This document shows, piece by piece, positions 12,660 to 24,031 of a stretch of DNA of 64,000 bases. Position 1 is the first letter of the stretch, and every line of letters starts with the position of its first letter. Where the stretch lies: assembly GCF_018350175.1 (NCBI RefSeq), contig NC_058369.1, positions 3,598,001 to 3,662,000 on the forward strand, given 5' to 3'. The translations under genes and the position numbers were made by a program. The notes beneath the pieces were generated by a model that was given only the letters and a program-made list of their open reading frames with translations, was not told the DNA's origin and searched no databases. Origin of the DNA: Felis catus. Taxonomy: Eukaryota.

Positions 12660-13640
12660 CAACTTGGACACGTGACTCACAATCGCCAAAAGGTGGAAGC
12701 AAGCCACTGACAGGTGAAAAAGTAAATGTGGTGCATCTGCACACTGGAATCTCGTCCGGCCTTAAAAAGACGTCCTACCACCTGCCACCACGTGGATGGA
12801 CCCGGAAGCCACTGTGCGCAGGGACAGAAGCCAGACACAGAAGGACACATCCTGCGTGACCCCACGCACAGGCGGTCCCCAGAGGAGTCCCGTCCACCGA
12901 GTCAGCGAGTGGATGGTGGGAGCCAGGGGTGGGGAGTCCGTGCTTCATGGGGACAGCGTCTCGGTTTGGGGAGATGGAAAGTTCTAGAGACGGATGGCGG
13001 CGGGGGGCAAGGGGAGTTGCAGGACAATGTGAGCGCGCTTGATGCCCCGGAGCTGTGCACTTAGAAACGGTTAAAGACAACAAATTTCATGTCGTAAAAA
13101 AAACTAAAGTATTATTATAGCCAATACTTTTGGCTATATTATTAATAATAGCGGGAACCACCTACGTGTCCGTGGCGGAGGCAGGAATAAGCACACGGCC
13201 ACCGCGCACGCGCACGTCCACGGAGGAACGTGTCCACCGCGCACGCGCACGTCCACGGAGGAACGTGTCCACCGCGCATGCGCACGTCCCTCAGGTGCCT
13301 CCACCGCGCACGCGCACGTCCCTCGGCCGCGAGCAGGAGCGAGGCGCCCACCCCCGCCGCCCCCGCGGGCGGACCCGAACCCACGCCGCTCAGGGAGGGA
13401 ACCGGACACGAGAGGCCACGCGGCGTGTGAGTCCCCGTGTGTGAAACGTCCAGAACGGGCTCATCCACGGACGGGGAGGGGGCTCGTGGGGGCCGGGGCG
13501 TTTGGCAGGAAGGAGAGTAACGGCTAAGGGACGTGAGGTGTCTGGGTGATGGAATGTTCTAAAATGGGTGGCCACGGCTCCACGGTGTGAATACGCCCGA
13601 ACCACTGAACCGTGGGCTTTTAAAGGAGCTCGTTGTGCGG
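12660..13640 (+). mobile_element. Two adjacent old L1 3'-end fragments, GC-rich variants
   Basis: cacaatcgccaaaaggtggaagcaa...ccttaaaaag...agccagacacagaagg; the second copy runs from about 13140. Confidence 0.7.
13199..13326. repeat. 35-bp CpG-rich minisatellite (2 full and 2 partial units)
   Basis: ccaccgcgcacgcgcacgtccacggaggaacgtgt at 13199 and 13234; variants at 13269 and 13301. Confidence 0.92.
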
Positions 13641-14447
13641 GTTGTGACTCAGGGCTCAGGAAGGCGGCGCCGGTGTGTCAGAACGATGCTGGCTGCTGGC
13701 CACCTGCAGCCGTTTCCATTTAAAATTAGGCATTGAGTTTCGCAGCCACGCCGGCCAACCTTCCAAGGGCTCGGCAGCCACGTACAGCTGGTAGTTTCCA
13801 CACGGGACGCGGCGCAGGGAACGAACATGTACATCAGAGACGATTCTGGACAGAGCTGAGCTAGAAGGACCTTCTTTAAGAGAGGAGGGAAGGCCTCTGA
13901 AGGGGTGGGATGAGAACGGAGGCCTGAGAGTCGGGTTCGTGAAGAAGGAAGTGCACGTGCAAAGGTCCCGGGGTGGGACGGAGACGGAGGTGTTCACAGT
14001 ATTTGCTTCCCCCCATCCCCGGCTCTCCCCTGCATGAAAGTTCCACAAGGGCAAGCACTCTGTTTCTATCACCGTGTCCGGTGCGCACGGGTACTGATGT
14101 TACTGAACCCTGAGTACGGAGGCTGGCGTGAGGCAAGGGAGGTGGGCAATGAGGGCAGGGGCGGGGGGACGGCGTGGGCCTTAAGGACGGCCTCGGTTTT
14201 TGCCCCAGGCAGGGTGAGAGGCACAGCGCAGGGTGGGGGGGGGGGGAGGGGGTCGAACAGAGCCGGCTGGTGTTCAGAGCATTCTTCCAGTGAGGGTGGT
14301 GGGGACAGACCCAAGAGGGGTCGGGGAGGAAGTGGTCGCGCGTGTCTGTTCTCGCTGAGATGGGACCCCACACTCAGTGCCCCGGGGGACCCCCTCCCGG
14401 CTGAGCCCCCGCCCCCCCCGGGGCTCCCGATGGTGGAGGCCAGTTAC

Positions 14448-14530
14448 CTTCTCCGTCTGCTGCTGCAGGATGGGCAGATTCTCCTCCAGCTTGTCCAGCC
14501 CCCTGTGGGCGTACTCACTGGCTGACGTGA
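14448..14530 (-). CDS. PLIN3: Perilipin-3 exon 4
   Basis: (I)[27 protein letters not shown]; ttgcag| ... AAG|gtaac; 83 nt. Confidence 0.95.
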
Positions 14531-14672
14531 CTGCAAGAGACGGGGCGAGACTGAAATCGAGACTGGGGCGCGGGCACGCCCCTCGGGACCGGGGAGGGGC
14601 AGCTCCCCTCCTCCCCCCCCCCCCCCCAAACAGCCGAGAGGTAGGCTCGGTGCTCGCCGGGGCTTTGCTTAC

Positions 14673-14871
14673 TCTGGGGCTCCAGCTTGGAGAGGAGGGG
14701 CTGGGCCCCGCTGATGGCGGCCGCCGTGAGGGTCTTCACGCCTTTCTCGGCCGCGTCGCAGACGGTCTTGACGTGGGGGTGGCTCTCCTTGGTGGAGGCG
14801 TAGGCCGCCGACACCATGTTGCAGGTGGAGCTGATGAGGGGCATGCCGGCCACGCGGTCCACCACGCTCGG
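14673..14871 (-). CDS. PLIN3: Perilipin-3 exon 3 (PAT domain)
   Basis: [66 protein letters not shown]; ccgtag| ... A|gtaag; 199 nt. Confidence 0.96.
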
Positions 14872-15179
14872 CTACGGGGACAGGCAACTCAGGGGGCCGC
14901 GCCTGGGACTTGGGGTGCCCTGCGATTTCGAATTCCCTCCCGGCCAGGAAACGGCCCGGCCCGCGCTTGCTTTGTGGCCACGTGGTTGCACCAGCCGGGG
15001 CCTGGGGGTTCCTTCTGCTCTGGGCTTCGTTTATCGCAGCCCCTCCCCCTCATCTGTTTGAACGTGCACTTGACACCCACTGTGGGCCAGTGACCAGAGA
15101 CGAGAGCCCTGCGCAGCTGGGGTCGGCAAGCTACAGCCCGTGGGGGGCCCACACCTGATTTTCTTATTAAAAAAAAAAA

Positions 15180-17400
15180 ATTTTTTTTTTAATTATTTAT
15201 TTTTGAGAGACCGAGAGACAGAGTGTGAGCAGGGGAGGAAGAGAGAGAGAGAGGGAGACATAGAATCCGAAGCAGGCTCCAGGGTCTGAGCCGTCAGCAC
15301 AGAGCCTGAGGCGCAGCTTGAACTCCCGAACCGCAAGATCATGACCTGAGCCCGAAATTGGACGCTTAACCGAGCCACCCAGGCGCCCTGTGATTTTATT
15401 CTTGTCTGTTTTTTCCTAACAGCTCTATTGAAGTACTTCACACACCATTAATGCCACCATTTAAAAGCGCAATTTAAACAAATATATATAAAAAAAAAAG
15501 CACAATTTTGAGGGTTTTAGTGTTTTCACAAGGTTGTACAACCATAGCAGCTAATTCTAGAACTTTGTCATCACTCCCAGAATGGTCACTCCTTGTTTCC
15601 CCCCACCCTAGCACCCAGGAATCCACTTCCTGTCTGTCGATGAGCCTGTTCTGGGCGTTTCACACATGTGGACTCCCACCCCGTGGGGCTTCTCATGTCT
15701 GGTTCCCTTCCCGAGCGTCGTGTGTTCAAGGTCCGTGCTCCATATGGTAGCATGTATCAGTGTTAGGGTTTGTTTTTTTTTTTTTTAATTTTAAAAAAGT
15801 TTATTTTGAGAGAGAGAGAGAGAGAGAAGGAGAGAGAGAACATGAGTAGGAGAGGGGCAGAGGAGAGGGAGAGAGAGAATCCCAAGCAGGCTCCACACTG
15901 TGATCACGGAGCCGACGTGGGGCTTGAACCCACGAAGTGTGAAATCATGACCTGAGCTGAAGCCAAGAGTTGGACGTTTAACCGGCTGGGCCACTAGGTG
16001 CCCCTCATCTTAACCGTTTCTAAGTGCGCAGCTCAGTGGCGTCAAGCTCACGCACACTGTCATGCAGCCACCCCCAGCCATCCGCCTCCAGAACTTGTCC
16101 CCAAACTGAGGCTCTGTCCCCACGAAATATGGACTCCCTGCCTCCAGCCCTGGCTCCCACCATCTACACTCTGTCTCTGTGACAGGACTCCTCTAGGGAC
16201 CCCCGTGAGTGGGGTCACACAGGACATGGCCTTCTGTCTGGCTTCTGTCACTGTGCACAGCATCCTCCCGATCCATCCACATGGTGGCAGGTGTCTGTGC
16301 TCCATTCCTTTATGTGGCTAATATTCCGTTGCCGGCTGGTTTTGTAAATAAAGTTTTATTGACAGCCACGCCCCTGTTCATTTACATATTGAATATGGCT
16401 GCTCTTAGCCTATGGGAGCAGAACTGAGTTGCTGGGACAGAGGTTCAGTTTCCCCACCCATAACATGGGGGCGGGCATCCATTCCTGTTCAGTAGGAGTT
16501 GCAAAGATCACTCGTGTGAAGACACCAGCAGAAGACTCACAGGCACCGTGTGAACTCGCGTTTGAACGCACTTAACCGCCAGTCCCGGGAGGTGGGGCAT
16601 GTTATTCCATTTTACAGAAGGGTTAACTGAGGCATGGAGGGGTTGAGTAAGTCACCCAAGATCACAAAACCAGGCAGCGGCCACTCTGGGCCTTAGACCG
16701 TCTGCCTCCAGGGTTTACCCACGAGGTCTCTTAAGGACTTAATCACCGATCTCCTGGGTAATCCAGCAACTCTGCTTTTAGGAATCTACCCCAGGGACAA
16801 GACTCACACATCCACACAAGACTCGCCCATGAAGGTTCACAGCATTCCTGATGGCCAAGTTAGGTGGAAACAACCCAGATGTCCATCATTTGGTGAGTGG
16901 ATTAAAGAAAAAAAGTATGGTATAAGGTAGGTTTTAAAAAATTCATAGTCTCAGGGCACCTGGCTGGCTCCTGGAGAACATGGGACTCTTGATCTTGGGG
17001 TCGTGAATTCGAGCTCTGTGTTTGGAGTAGAGTTTACTTAAAAAAAAAAAATCAGGGATGCCTGGGTGGCTCAGTGGGTTAAGCATCTGACTCTTGATTT
17101 TGGCTCAGGTCATGATCTCACAGTTCGTGAGCTGGAGCCCCGAGATGGGCTCTGTGCTGACAGCTCAGAGCCTGGAGCCTGCTTTGGATTCTGTGACTCC
17201 TCCTCTCTCTGCCCTTCCGGCTCTCACACACTCTGTCTCTCTCTCAAAAATAAATAAACATTAAAAAAAATTTTTTTTTTTAAAAGGAAGGAGGGCACCT
17301 GGGGCGGCTCAGTAGGTTAAGCATCCGACTCGGTTTTGGCTCAGGTCATGATCTTGCGGTTTGCGAGTTGGAGCCCCGTGACTAGCTCTGCACCTCCCCC
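15180..17400. mobile_element. Cluster of CAN-SINEs (15180-15389 -, 15770-16003 -, 16953-17052 +, 17054-17270 +, 17292-17400 +) with L1, MIR and MER58 fragments between them
   Basis: SINE heads and tails seen directly. Confidence 0.8.
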
Positions 17401-17422
17401 GACCCCGCCACACTGCCCCCCT

Positions 17423-17462
<40 letters not shown>

Positions 17463-17576
17463 TAAAGGAAGGAAATCGAAAAGACAAATCCTGCAGGATT
17501 TCACTCATGAGGTACCTAACATAACAGGTAATAGGTAAATTACCTTAAATTTGCCATAAATTTACCATAAAAGGTA

Positions 17577-17673
17577 AATCTCAGTTTACCTATTCTGGAC
17601 ATTGCAGAGTGAATTTATAAAAGTGAATTTATAAAATTCACTCTGCAATGTCCAGAATAGGTAAACTGAGATT
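17577..17673. repeat. Perfect 40-bp inverted repeat with 17-nt spacer
   Basis: 17577-17616 is the exact reverse complement of 17634-17673. Confidence 0.95.
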
Positions 17674-18197
17674 AGTGGGGGCCAGGGGCTGGGGAGGAGG
17701 GGAAGGTAATGGGAATGACTGGTAACCGGGATGGCGTTTCCACCTGGGGGAAGGAAAAGCTTCCGGAACTAGATGGTGGTGGCGGTTGCACGTGGCCAAT
17801 GTACTCAACGCCGCTGAACCGCGCACAATTCAGCACGGTATTTGTGTCGTTGTTATGTGTCGTTTTACCTCGGCTTCAAGAAAAGAACGAAGCGCGGACG
17901 ACCCACGATGTGGGTACGCCCCCAAAAACATGATGCTCAGGGGGAGAAGCCAGACACGAAGGGGTCTCAGATCGCAGGACTCCATTTATAGGGAATGCCC
18001 GGAACAGGCAAACCCAGGGTGACGGGCGATTCGGGGCGGAGCCCTGCTCTCCCCCAAGCCTCTGGGGTTTCCGGTTCTGCCCCCACCCCCACCCGTGAGA
18101 CATGTGTCCGGGGTGAGGGTGAGGGACCCTCACCCGCAGAAAGATCGCCGTTGACCTCCACGTGCTACCAGCAGGCCCCCCCCCCCACCTCCCTCAC

Positions 18198-18281
18198 CTG
18201 CTGTACCGGTTCTTCCGCTGTCACCGGGCTGCTGCTGACGGTGGCTTCTGTCCCGGTGGCTTCTGTCCCGTTGCCAGACAT
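18198..18281 (-). CDS. PLIN3: Perilipin-3 exon 2, first coding part (whole exon 18198-18297)
   Basis: ATG at 18281, MSGNGTEATGTEATVSSSPVTAEEPVQQ|gtgag; acceptor ccacag ends at 18298; missing from the ORF track because it is short. Confidence 0.9.
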
Positions 18282-18419
18282 TTCTCAGGAACAGGCACTG
18301 TGGCAGACGCACGGATCAGTCAGGGTACAGCATGCCCTGTCCCTCCCCCCAGGAGGAAGTCCGGGTTCACATCTGCCCTGCGACCTCCCCCCTCCCCCCC
18401 GTTTTTTAGGGCCCTGCCT

Positions 18420-18555
18420 CCCAATCCTTCACCTGCACCCGTGGGCCCGCGCAGATGCGGGTGCCGGTTCAGCAGGGCTGGGGTGGGGCCCCGAGTCTGC
18501 TTCTAAAAAGCTCTCAGGTGCTGCTGATGCAGCTGTTTCCAGGGCCACGCCTTCA
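18420..18555. mobile_element. MER5A-like hAT MITE
   Basis: ttcagcagggctggggtggggccc...aagctctcaggtgctgctgatgc. Confidence 0.55.
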
Positions 18556-21011
18556 AGGCCAACGCCAAGGGTTCCACTTTATCAACACTTCGGGGAGGCA
18601 CCTGGGGTGCAAAACCTCTGTGGACAGCAATTCGCCGATGGCTACCTGCTTTCAACAGCCATCTTCCCCTTGACCCAGAGACCTGCAGGGGCTGGTCCCA
18701 CACCTGCACTGCCACACGGGCAGAGGTGTATACCTGTTGTCGGCCACAACAAGGCACTGGAAACAACCCGGTTTCCCAGCAGAAGGGGCCTTGAGAAGAC
18801 GGGGCACAGCCCGGCTAGTGGCTACAGAGACCTACGTGTAACTGGCCGGAGACCTTCAGGGACGAGAGGTGGGGGTGGGGCGGCAAAGATGTCTGCTGGC
18901 ACAGAATCTCCAGACACAGGAAACTGTTAACAGTGGCCACCTTTCAGGGAAGATCAGGTGGCTGGGGCAGGCCTCTGACTTTGGAGCCAGGTAGGTAATA
19001 TTACCAGTTCAAAAAAAAAAGAAAAAAAAAAGCTAAGCATTAAAAAGAAAAAAAAAATATGGAGCCCTCGGTGGCTCAGTCCTTTGAGCATCTGACTGTG
19101 GCTCAGGTCACGATCTCAGGGTTCATGGGATCTGTCAGCACAGAGCCCACTTCGGATCCTCTGTCCCCCCTTCTGTCCCCCTCCCACTCGAGCTCTCTCA
19201 AAAATACACACACACACGCACGCACGCACACACACGAGAGACGGTGCCTGCCCCCACTGCAGACCAAGTCAGGCTCCGGAGGGGCCAGGGAGGCTCCCCA
19301 GGTGAGTCTCCTGCATACGTTCGCAAGGTACGACGGGAGCCCCAGGTGCGCTCCGTTTTTCTGGCCAGGCGAGGGCAGGTGGGTGTCAGACCCAGATGGC
19401 AAGAGTCCCAGCTGTGCCCATGCTATACTTGGTTGAGCAAGGAGCCTCCTCTCCCCTGGCCTCAGCCCCCTCACCTGCGAAATGGCGCTAAAGGTAGAGC
19501 CTGCCTTCAGGTAGAGCCTGCCTTCGGGGCTGGTTCTTCCGGTATTTCTGGGAGGAGCCTGTTGTGAACCCCTGACCTTGACTCTGAGTCTTTCCTTCTA
19601 GAGGAAGGGGGCCCGGCCACCGGGCCGCCGCACTGCCCTGTCCCCCCAGGCACAATCCAGCGAACGGATGTCCCGAGAGCACCAGTTCTGGGGTCCAATT
19701 TGCAACTCGCTAGCGGTGGGAGCTTGGGAGAGCAGCACCCTCTGGCAGAGCCTTGCCTGCCCCATCTGTAAAATGGGGATAAGCGTTCCCAGCTCCGAGT
19801 CCCTGCAGATCGGCAGAGGGACTGCACATGTGGCGCTTAGCTCAGCGCCTAGCACGTAGTAGGTGGTCAATAAACAGAACCATCTCACGCACATGCGAAG
19901 CCAGTCAGGAAGGAGCTCCTGCTTGTTACCAAGGTCCCCAGCTGGGAAGTGGGGCCAGCAGGTGCACTTGCTCCTGGTGATCATCACGAGCCCCATGATT
20001 TCCCTCACCTTCCCCGGAGCCTGAGCTCACCTGGGCACCTTGGAGGCCCATTCTCCCATTCCCTTTGCCCATCGATCCCTCCTGGCGCGGGTTTAACCAA
20101 GGGGCGGGGGGCGCATTGCAGATGTCATCGCCCCCGCAAAGTCCCCGGGGTCTGCAACCAGTCTGCAGCCGGCTCCAGCCGCCAGAACAAGAGCTAGCTG
20201 AAACGCTGCAGTTGCGCAGACGTCCAGCCGCCAGGGCATGCTAAGATACAACTTCCAAAGTTCCCAGACACCGAGGCCCCAGGCCCGGCCCTTGGACTCA
20301 ATCCTGACATAGGTCTCAAGGACTTAGATAATGGGTAGGCCTTCCCAGCCGCCTACAGCAACCCATTGGCCACACCCACCCAAAGGAGGGGGGGGCGGGG
20401 GCCGCCCGCGAGCTCCCCAGGGTCAGCTGGGCGACCAGAAACCGGGGTGTGGGAGGAGTTAAGCCCCCAGTTGGCAAATCCATTTGCTGGAAAGGGGGTT
20501 TTGCCAGGCAGAAAGACAGTCCCCTGGTTGGGGGCGGAGGGCGGGGCGGAGGAGGAGGGGTAGGGGCGCCCTAAAGCCCCGGGAGGAACGATTTCCTGTG
20601 CAGGACAGGCTGCCGCTGCTCGCCTCCAAACTGCGTTTGCAAAAGCAAGCACAGTTTTTGTTTTTGTTTAGAGAGGACGTGTTTTATAATGGGGACTTTA
20701 CCGCCCCCCCCCCGCCTTAATACTGCCACTTCTAGGGGCTCTTTCTGCCTCCCCCTAAAAAAGTCTCAGGAACTGAGAGGAGAGAGTTTGAAAGTCTGAC
20801 TGTGTTCCAGAAATTGGATTTTTTTTGAGTGGGGGGTGGGGGGTGGGGCACTGAAAGAGACAAGAAAGCTCAGCCAGGGCTGGAGACCCCTCCCCAGGCC
20901 GAAGACAGCAGCCGAGTCCCCAGGAAGGTCCTCCCTCTCCTTCCTCCCCTGGGACGCCCCGGGACTCGGCGGACCTCGCCCCCCGCCTCCATGGGGCCCC
21001 CCGCCTCTCAC

Positions 21012-21060
21012 CGCGGTCAGCGGGACGTGCAGGGCGCGACAGCCAGCTCGGAAACCGTCT
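21012..21060 (-). other. PLIN3: PLIN3 non-coding exon 1 (5'UTR)
   Basis: Ends ...CACGTCCCGCTGACCGCG|gtgag (donor 21011-21007) and begins about 30 nt downstream of a TATAAAA; TSS approximate. Confidence 0.75.
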
Positions 21061-21300
21061 GGGGCTGACCCCCTGGGGAGGCTTTTATACCCAAGGGGGC
21101 GGGCGCTCGGGAGTGACGGGCCCGAGAGCCAATCGTATCGGGAGGCTGCCCGCCATCAGGCCTCGGCCCCGCTCGGTCCGGGACGTTGGAGCCACAAGTG
21201 AAGTCCGGGAAGGCCCGGACTTCTGCTGGACGCGCGCGCGATCCGCCCTCTGTCTGAGTCGGGCGACCCTTGGAAGACGCCTGATCCAGCAAAGGGCGCC
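21061..21300 (-). promoter_or_regulatory. PLIN3: PLIN3 core promoter: TATAAAA (21083-21089), GC box (21095-21104), CCAAT (21129-21133), CpG-rich
   Basis: CCAAT, GC box and TATA lie in canonical order and spacing upstream of exon 1. Confidence 0.8.
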
Positions 21301-23044
21301 CCTCCCGACCTCGGGATCCTATGAACTCGGCGCAGGGAGGTGCGATCCAGGTTCTGGGATCCCCACCCCCTCCCTCAGTCCCCCCTTTTCTCCAGGGGCC
21401 GTGAGAACCCCAGAGATCGTTGCCTGATGCCCCGTCGCGTCAGGAACCGAGTCCCAACCCTGAGAAAGTGATGGAGCCAAGCTCGACCCAGCAATGTGAA
21501 CAGAGCGTTCGCCACATAGGTGAACAGATAAAGAGTGCCTTCTGCCGGTCCTGACCTGCATGGTACCACTTAATCCTCCCAAGCGGTTCCTTTATCATCC
21601 CCATCTTACAGATGAGAAAACTGAGGCCCAGAGACGGTAGGTCAAGGGTAGTGCAGGGATCAACTTCCAGATCTCTGACTCCTGGATCAACCCCTCCCTA
21701 AAGCAGCAACCACTTGGATTTGTTTGCACCCCACCCCCCCACCCCCCAATCATTTATCCTCTTGGTCTATAAACCAAAGTCTCAAACTCAGGTGGCCCCA
21801 AGGGCCAGAAGGAAGTAAGTGCCCCCGCTTAGGCGTTGGCAGCATGGCAGAGAGTGGCCCTATGGGACACCCACCCAGAGATTCCCACATCCACCAAGAT
21901 TTTAGACTAAAGAAAGTGCTCTGCCTTTTACAAAAACCACTGGACCAAACAAAACCCAACTGGGGCTGTGTTCACCTCAGGAGCCACAAGTTTGCTACAT
22001 CACGTGGGGTGGGGTGGGGTCTCTGAAGCCCCCGAAAGAACAAGAAAACCAATCGGTATCTGGGACTGTGGTTTTTCGACAGTGACCACACTAGCACCAG
22101 GCAGTAGAGCTTTCTGAGACGCTGGGAATGCTCTGGAATTCTGTGGCATTCAATATGGTGGCCACCAGCGCCATATGGCTTTTGCACATCAGGAAACTGA
22201 ATGTTCGCATCTAAGTAACCCAGTGCAGTTAGTCAGATTCTCGAGTGAGTCTGAGACCCCACGAGGATTAAAGCAAGCAGCCACAACAGTGACATGTTTC
22301 ACGTCGGCTGCTGGCCTTTTTTCCCTACCCATTCGCGTTCCTACTCATTCACTCAGCCATTTTTCTGGAGTTGCTGTGCTGGGCGTTGGGGACAGTGAGT
22401 AAAACTCGCTGTCAGAGTGGCAGAGACAGACAATAAACGAGAAAGGAGTGAAATACATAGTAGGTCGGGTGGTGGTGTTACTAAGAAAAGCAAAGGACTG
22501 AAGATGGGAGAATGGGGGTGTGATTTTTAATAAGGTGGGCAAGGGAGGCCTCCCAGATTGGCCTCTTAATGCAGAAGCGAGGGAGAAAAGGAGAGACACC
22601 CCCTAGAGATCCGGGAAAACAGCACGTTCAAAGGCCCTGAGGCAGACCATGCTTGCTAAGTTGGAGGCCCCGCCAGGAAGTTGATGAGAGGGTAATGGAG
22701 GATAAGAGTCCTGGGATGGATAAAGCTCAGAGAGGCTAAGTGAGTTGTCTAAGGTCACACAGCTCAAGAGTCACTGGGAGTAATGTCTGGTAGCACAAGT
22801 TTTGAAGGAAAGGAGAACAGCCCTGCCCACCTTCTTCCCTCGTGTGGTGCTCAACCCCCACGTTCAGCTCTCCGCCAGTGCAATCCGGGGCGTTGGCCAT
22901 TGCGCATGTGCGTATGTGGGTGGGGGAGGGGACCGCACCACCAGCAGCGGCTACACGACCAGAGGCTTAGTGCTCGCTTTTCGGCACCACTGCCTCCTCC
23001 TCCTGGAAGTCTTCCTGCCCACCTCCTCAGTCTCCCCCAGGCGA

Positions 23045-23250
23045 AGGCTCCCGGACAAAATAGAGGATGTCCACTTCAATTTGAATTTCTGGCCAACCAG
23101 GAATACATTTGGGGGGTATAAGTATATCCCGTGCACTGTTTGGGATATACTCAGCGTTCAAAAATGATTCCTTGCTGACCGGAAATTCAAACTGAGCTGG
23201 GCATCCTTTTTATTTTTCTGTTTTTGTTTTTGCTAAATCCGACAACTCTA
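23045..23250. mobile_element. MER53-like palindromic MITE
   Basis: tttgaatttc...agtatatccc/gggatatact...gaaattcaaa internal palindrome. Confidence 0.7.
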
Positions 23251-23527
23251 CCCCCAAACTCACATCCCTCTCTCTGCCCCAGCCACGTCCTCCCTCTGTC
23301 ACCTCCTCGCCTGGGTGGGCGCCTTGAGGGCAACACCTGTCCAGGATTATTCCCAGGGTGGGAGGTGAGAAACATACTGTTTTCTGAGCTATTTTATTAC
23401 ATTATTCAAAGGCCTGCCTTTAATTTCCCCCATTTTCTGGATGAGGAAGCTGAGGGTCAAAGAGGTGATGTTCCAGGTCGAAAAACCAGAAATGGGTAGT
23501 CGGAATTTGTTTGAGATCTCGATGTAC

Positions 23528-23600
23528 CCTCCTCCTCCTCCTCCTCCTCCTCCTCCTCCTCCTCCTCCTCCTCCTCCTCCTCCTCCTCCTCCTCCTCCTC
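23528..23600. repeat. (CCT)n trinucleotide repeat, about 24 units
   Basis: Read directly. Confidence 0.95.
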
Positions 23601-23690
23601 CCGGCTTCCCCTTCCTCTTCTCCAGGCAAAGCTCTGAAAACTCGCATTCTTTTGCGCCGAGTCTAGAGGAAGGAGAGACAGACCAGCGTT

Positions 23691-23709
23691 GTGCCACTAG
23701 GTGGCGCTG
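23691..23709 (+). promoter_or_regulatory. CTCF motif
   Basis: gtgCCACTAGGTGGCGCtg matches the CTCF consensus. Confidence 0.65.
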
Positions 23710-24031
23710 CTGGTCCCAGATTGGTCTCTGCTTGGCCCAGGTGTCCCCTCCATCCACAGTCTCACCCTTCCCTCCTTCCGTCCATCCATCCATCCATCCA
23801 TTTATCAAACATCTCTTATTATGTGTGAACCAGGTCAGGCCTGGCTGCGAGGACCTAGTGATTCACTGCATATTCAGTCATTCAGCAAACAATTATTAAG
23901 CACCTGCTGTGTACCAGGCTCGTGCTCGGCAGCCCTGGGGATTCAGCCTCTACCGCCTTCAAGGCACTTGTAACCCAGTAGGGAGACACTTGCCAGGGAC
24001 TAGAAGGGCTGCATTAAGATTTTCACAGCAC

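Larger units (their letters stand above)
2265..21060 (-). other. PLIN3: PLIN3 (perilipin-3/TIP47) gene span, 8 exons; CDS join(18198-18281,14673-14871,14448-14530,10868-11165,6426-6625,4935-5060,2759-3103), 1335 nt, 444 aa
   Basis: The spliced translation MSGNGTEAT...[23 protein letters not shown]...[19 protein letters not shown] is perilipin-3. All introns are GT-AG and phases are consistent. Transcript ends are approximate. Confidence 0.95.

Noticed and set aside
13199..13326. CRISPR-like appearance of the 35-bp repeats
   Set aside because: Head-to-tail repeats without unique spacers, in mammalian DNA with no cas genes.
17995..18930. 311-aa plus-strand ORF
   Set aside because: Antisense to PLIN3 exon 2, runs through a MER5A-like element, and has no recognisable domain; expected by chance in GC-rich DNA.
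23389..23899. Poly-Pro, poly-Gly and poly-Arg ORFs
   Set aside because: Reading frames across the (CCT)n microsatellite.
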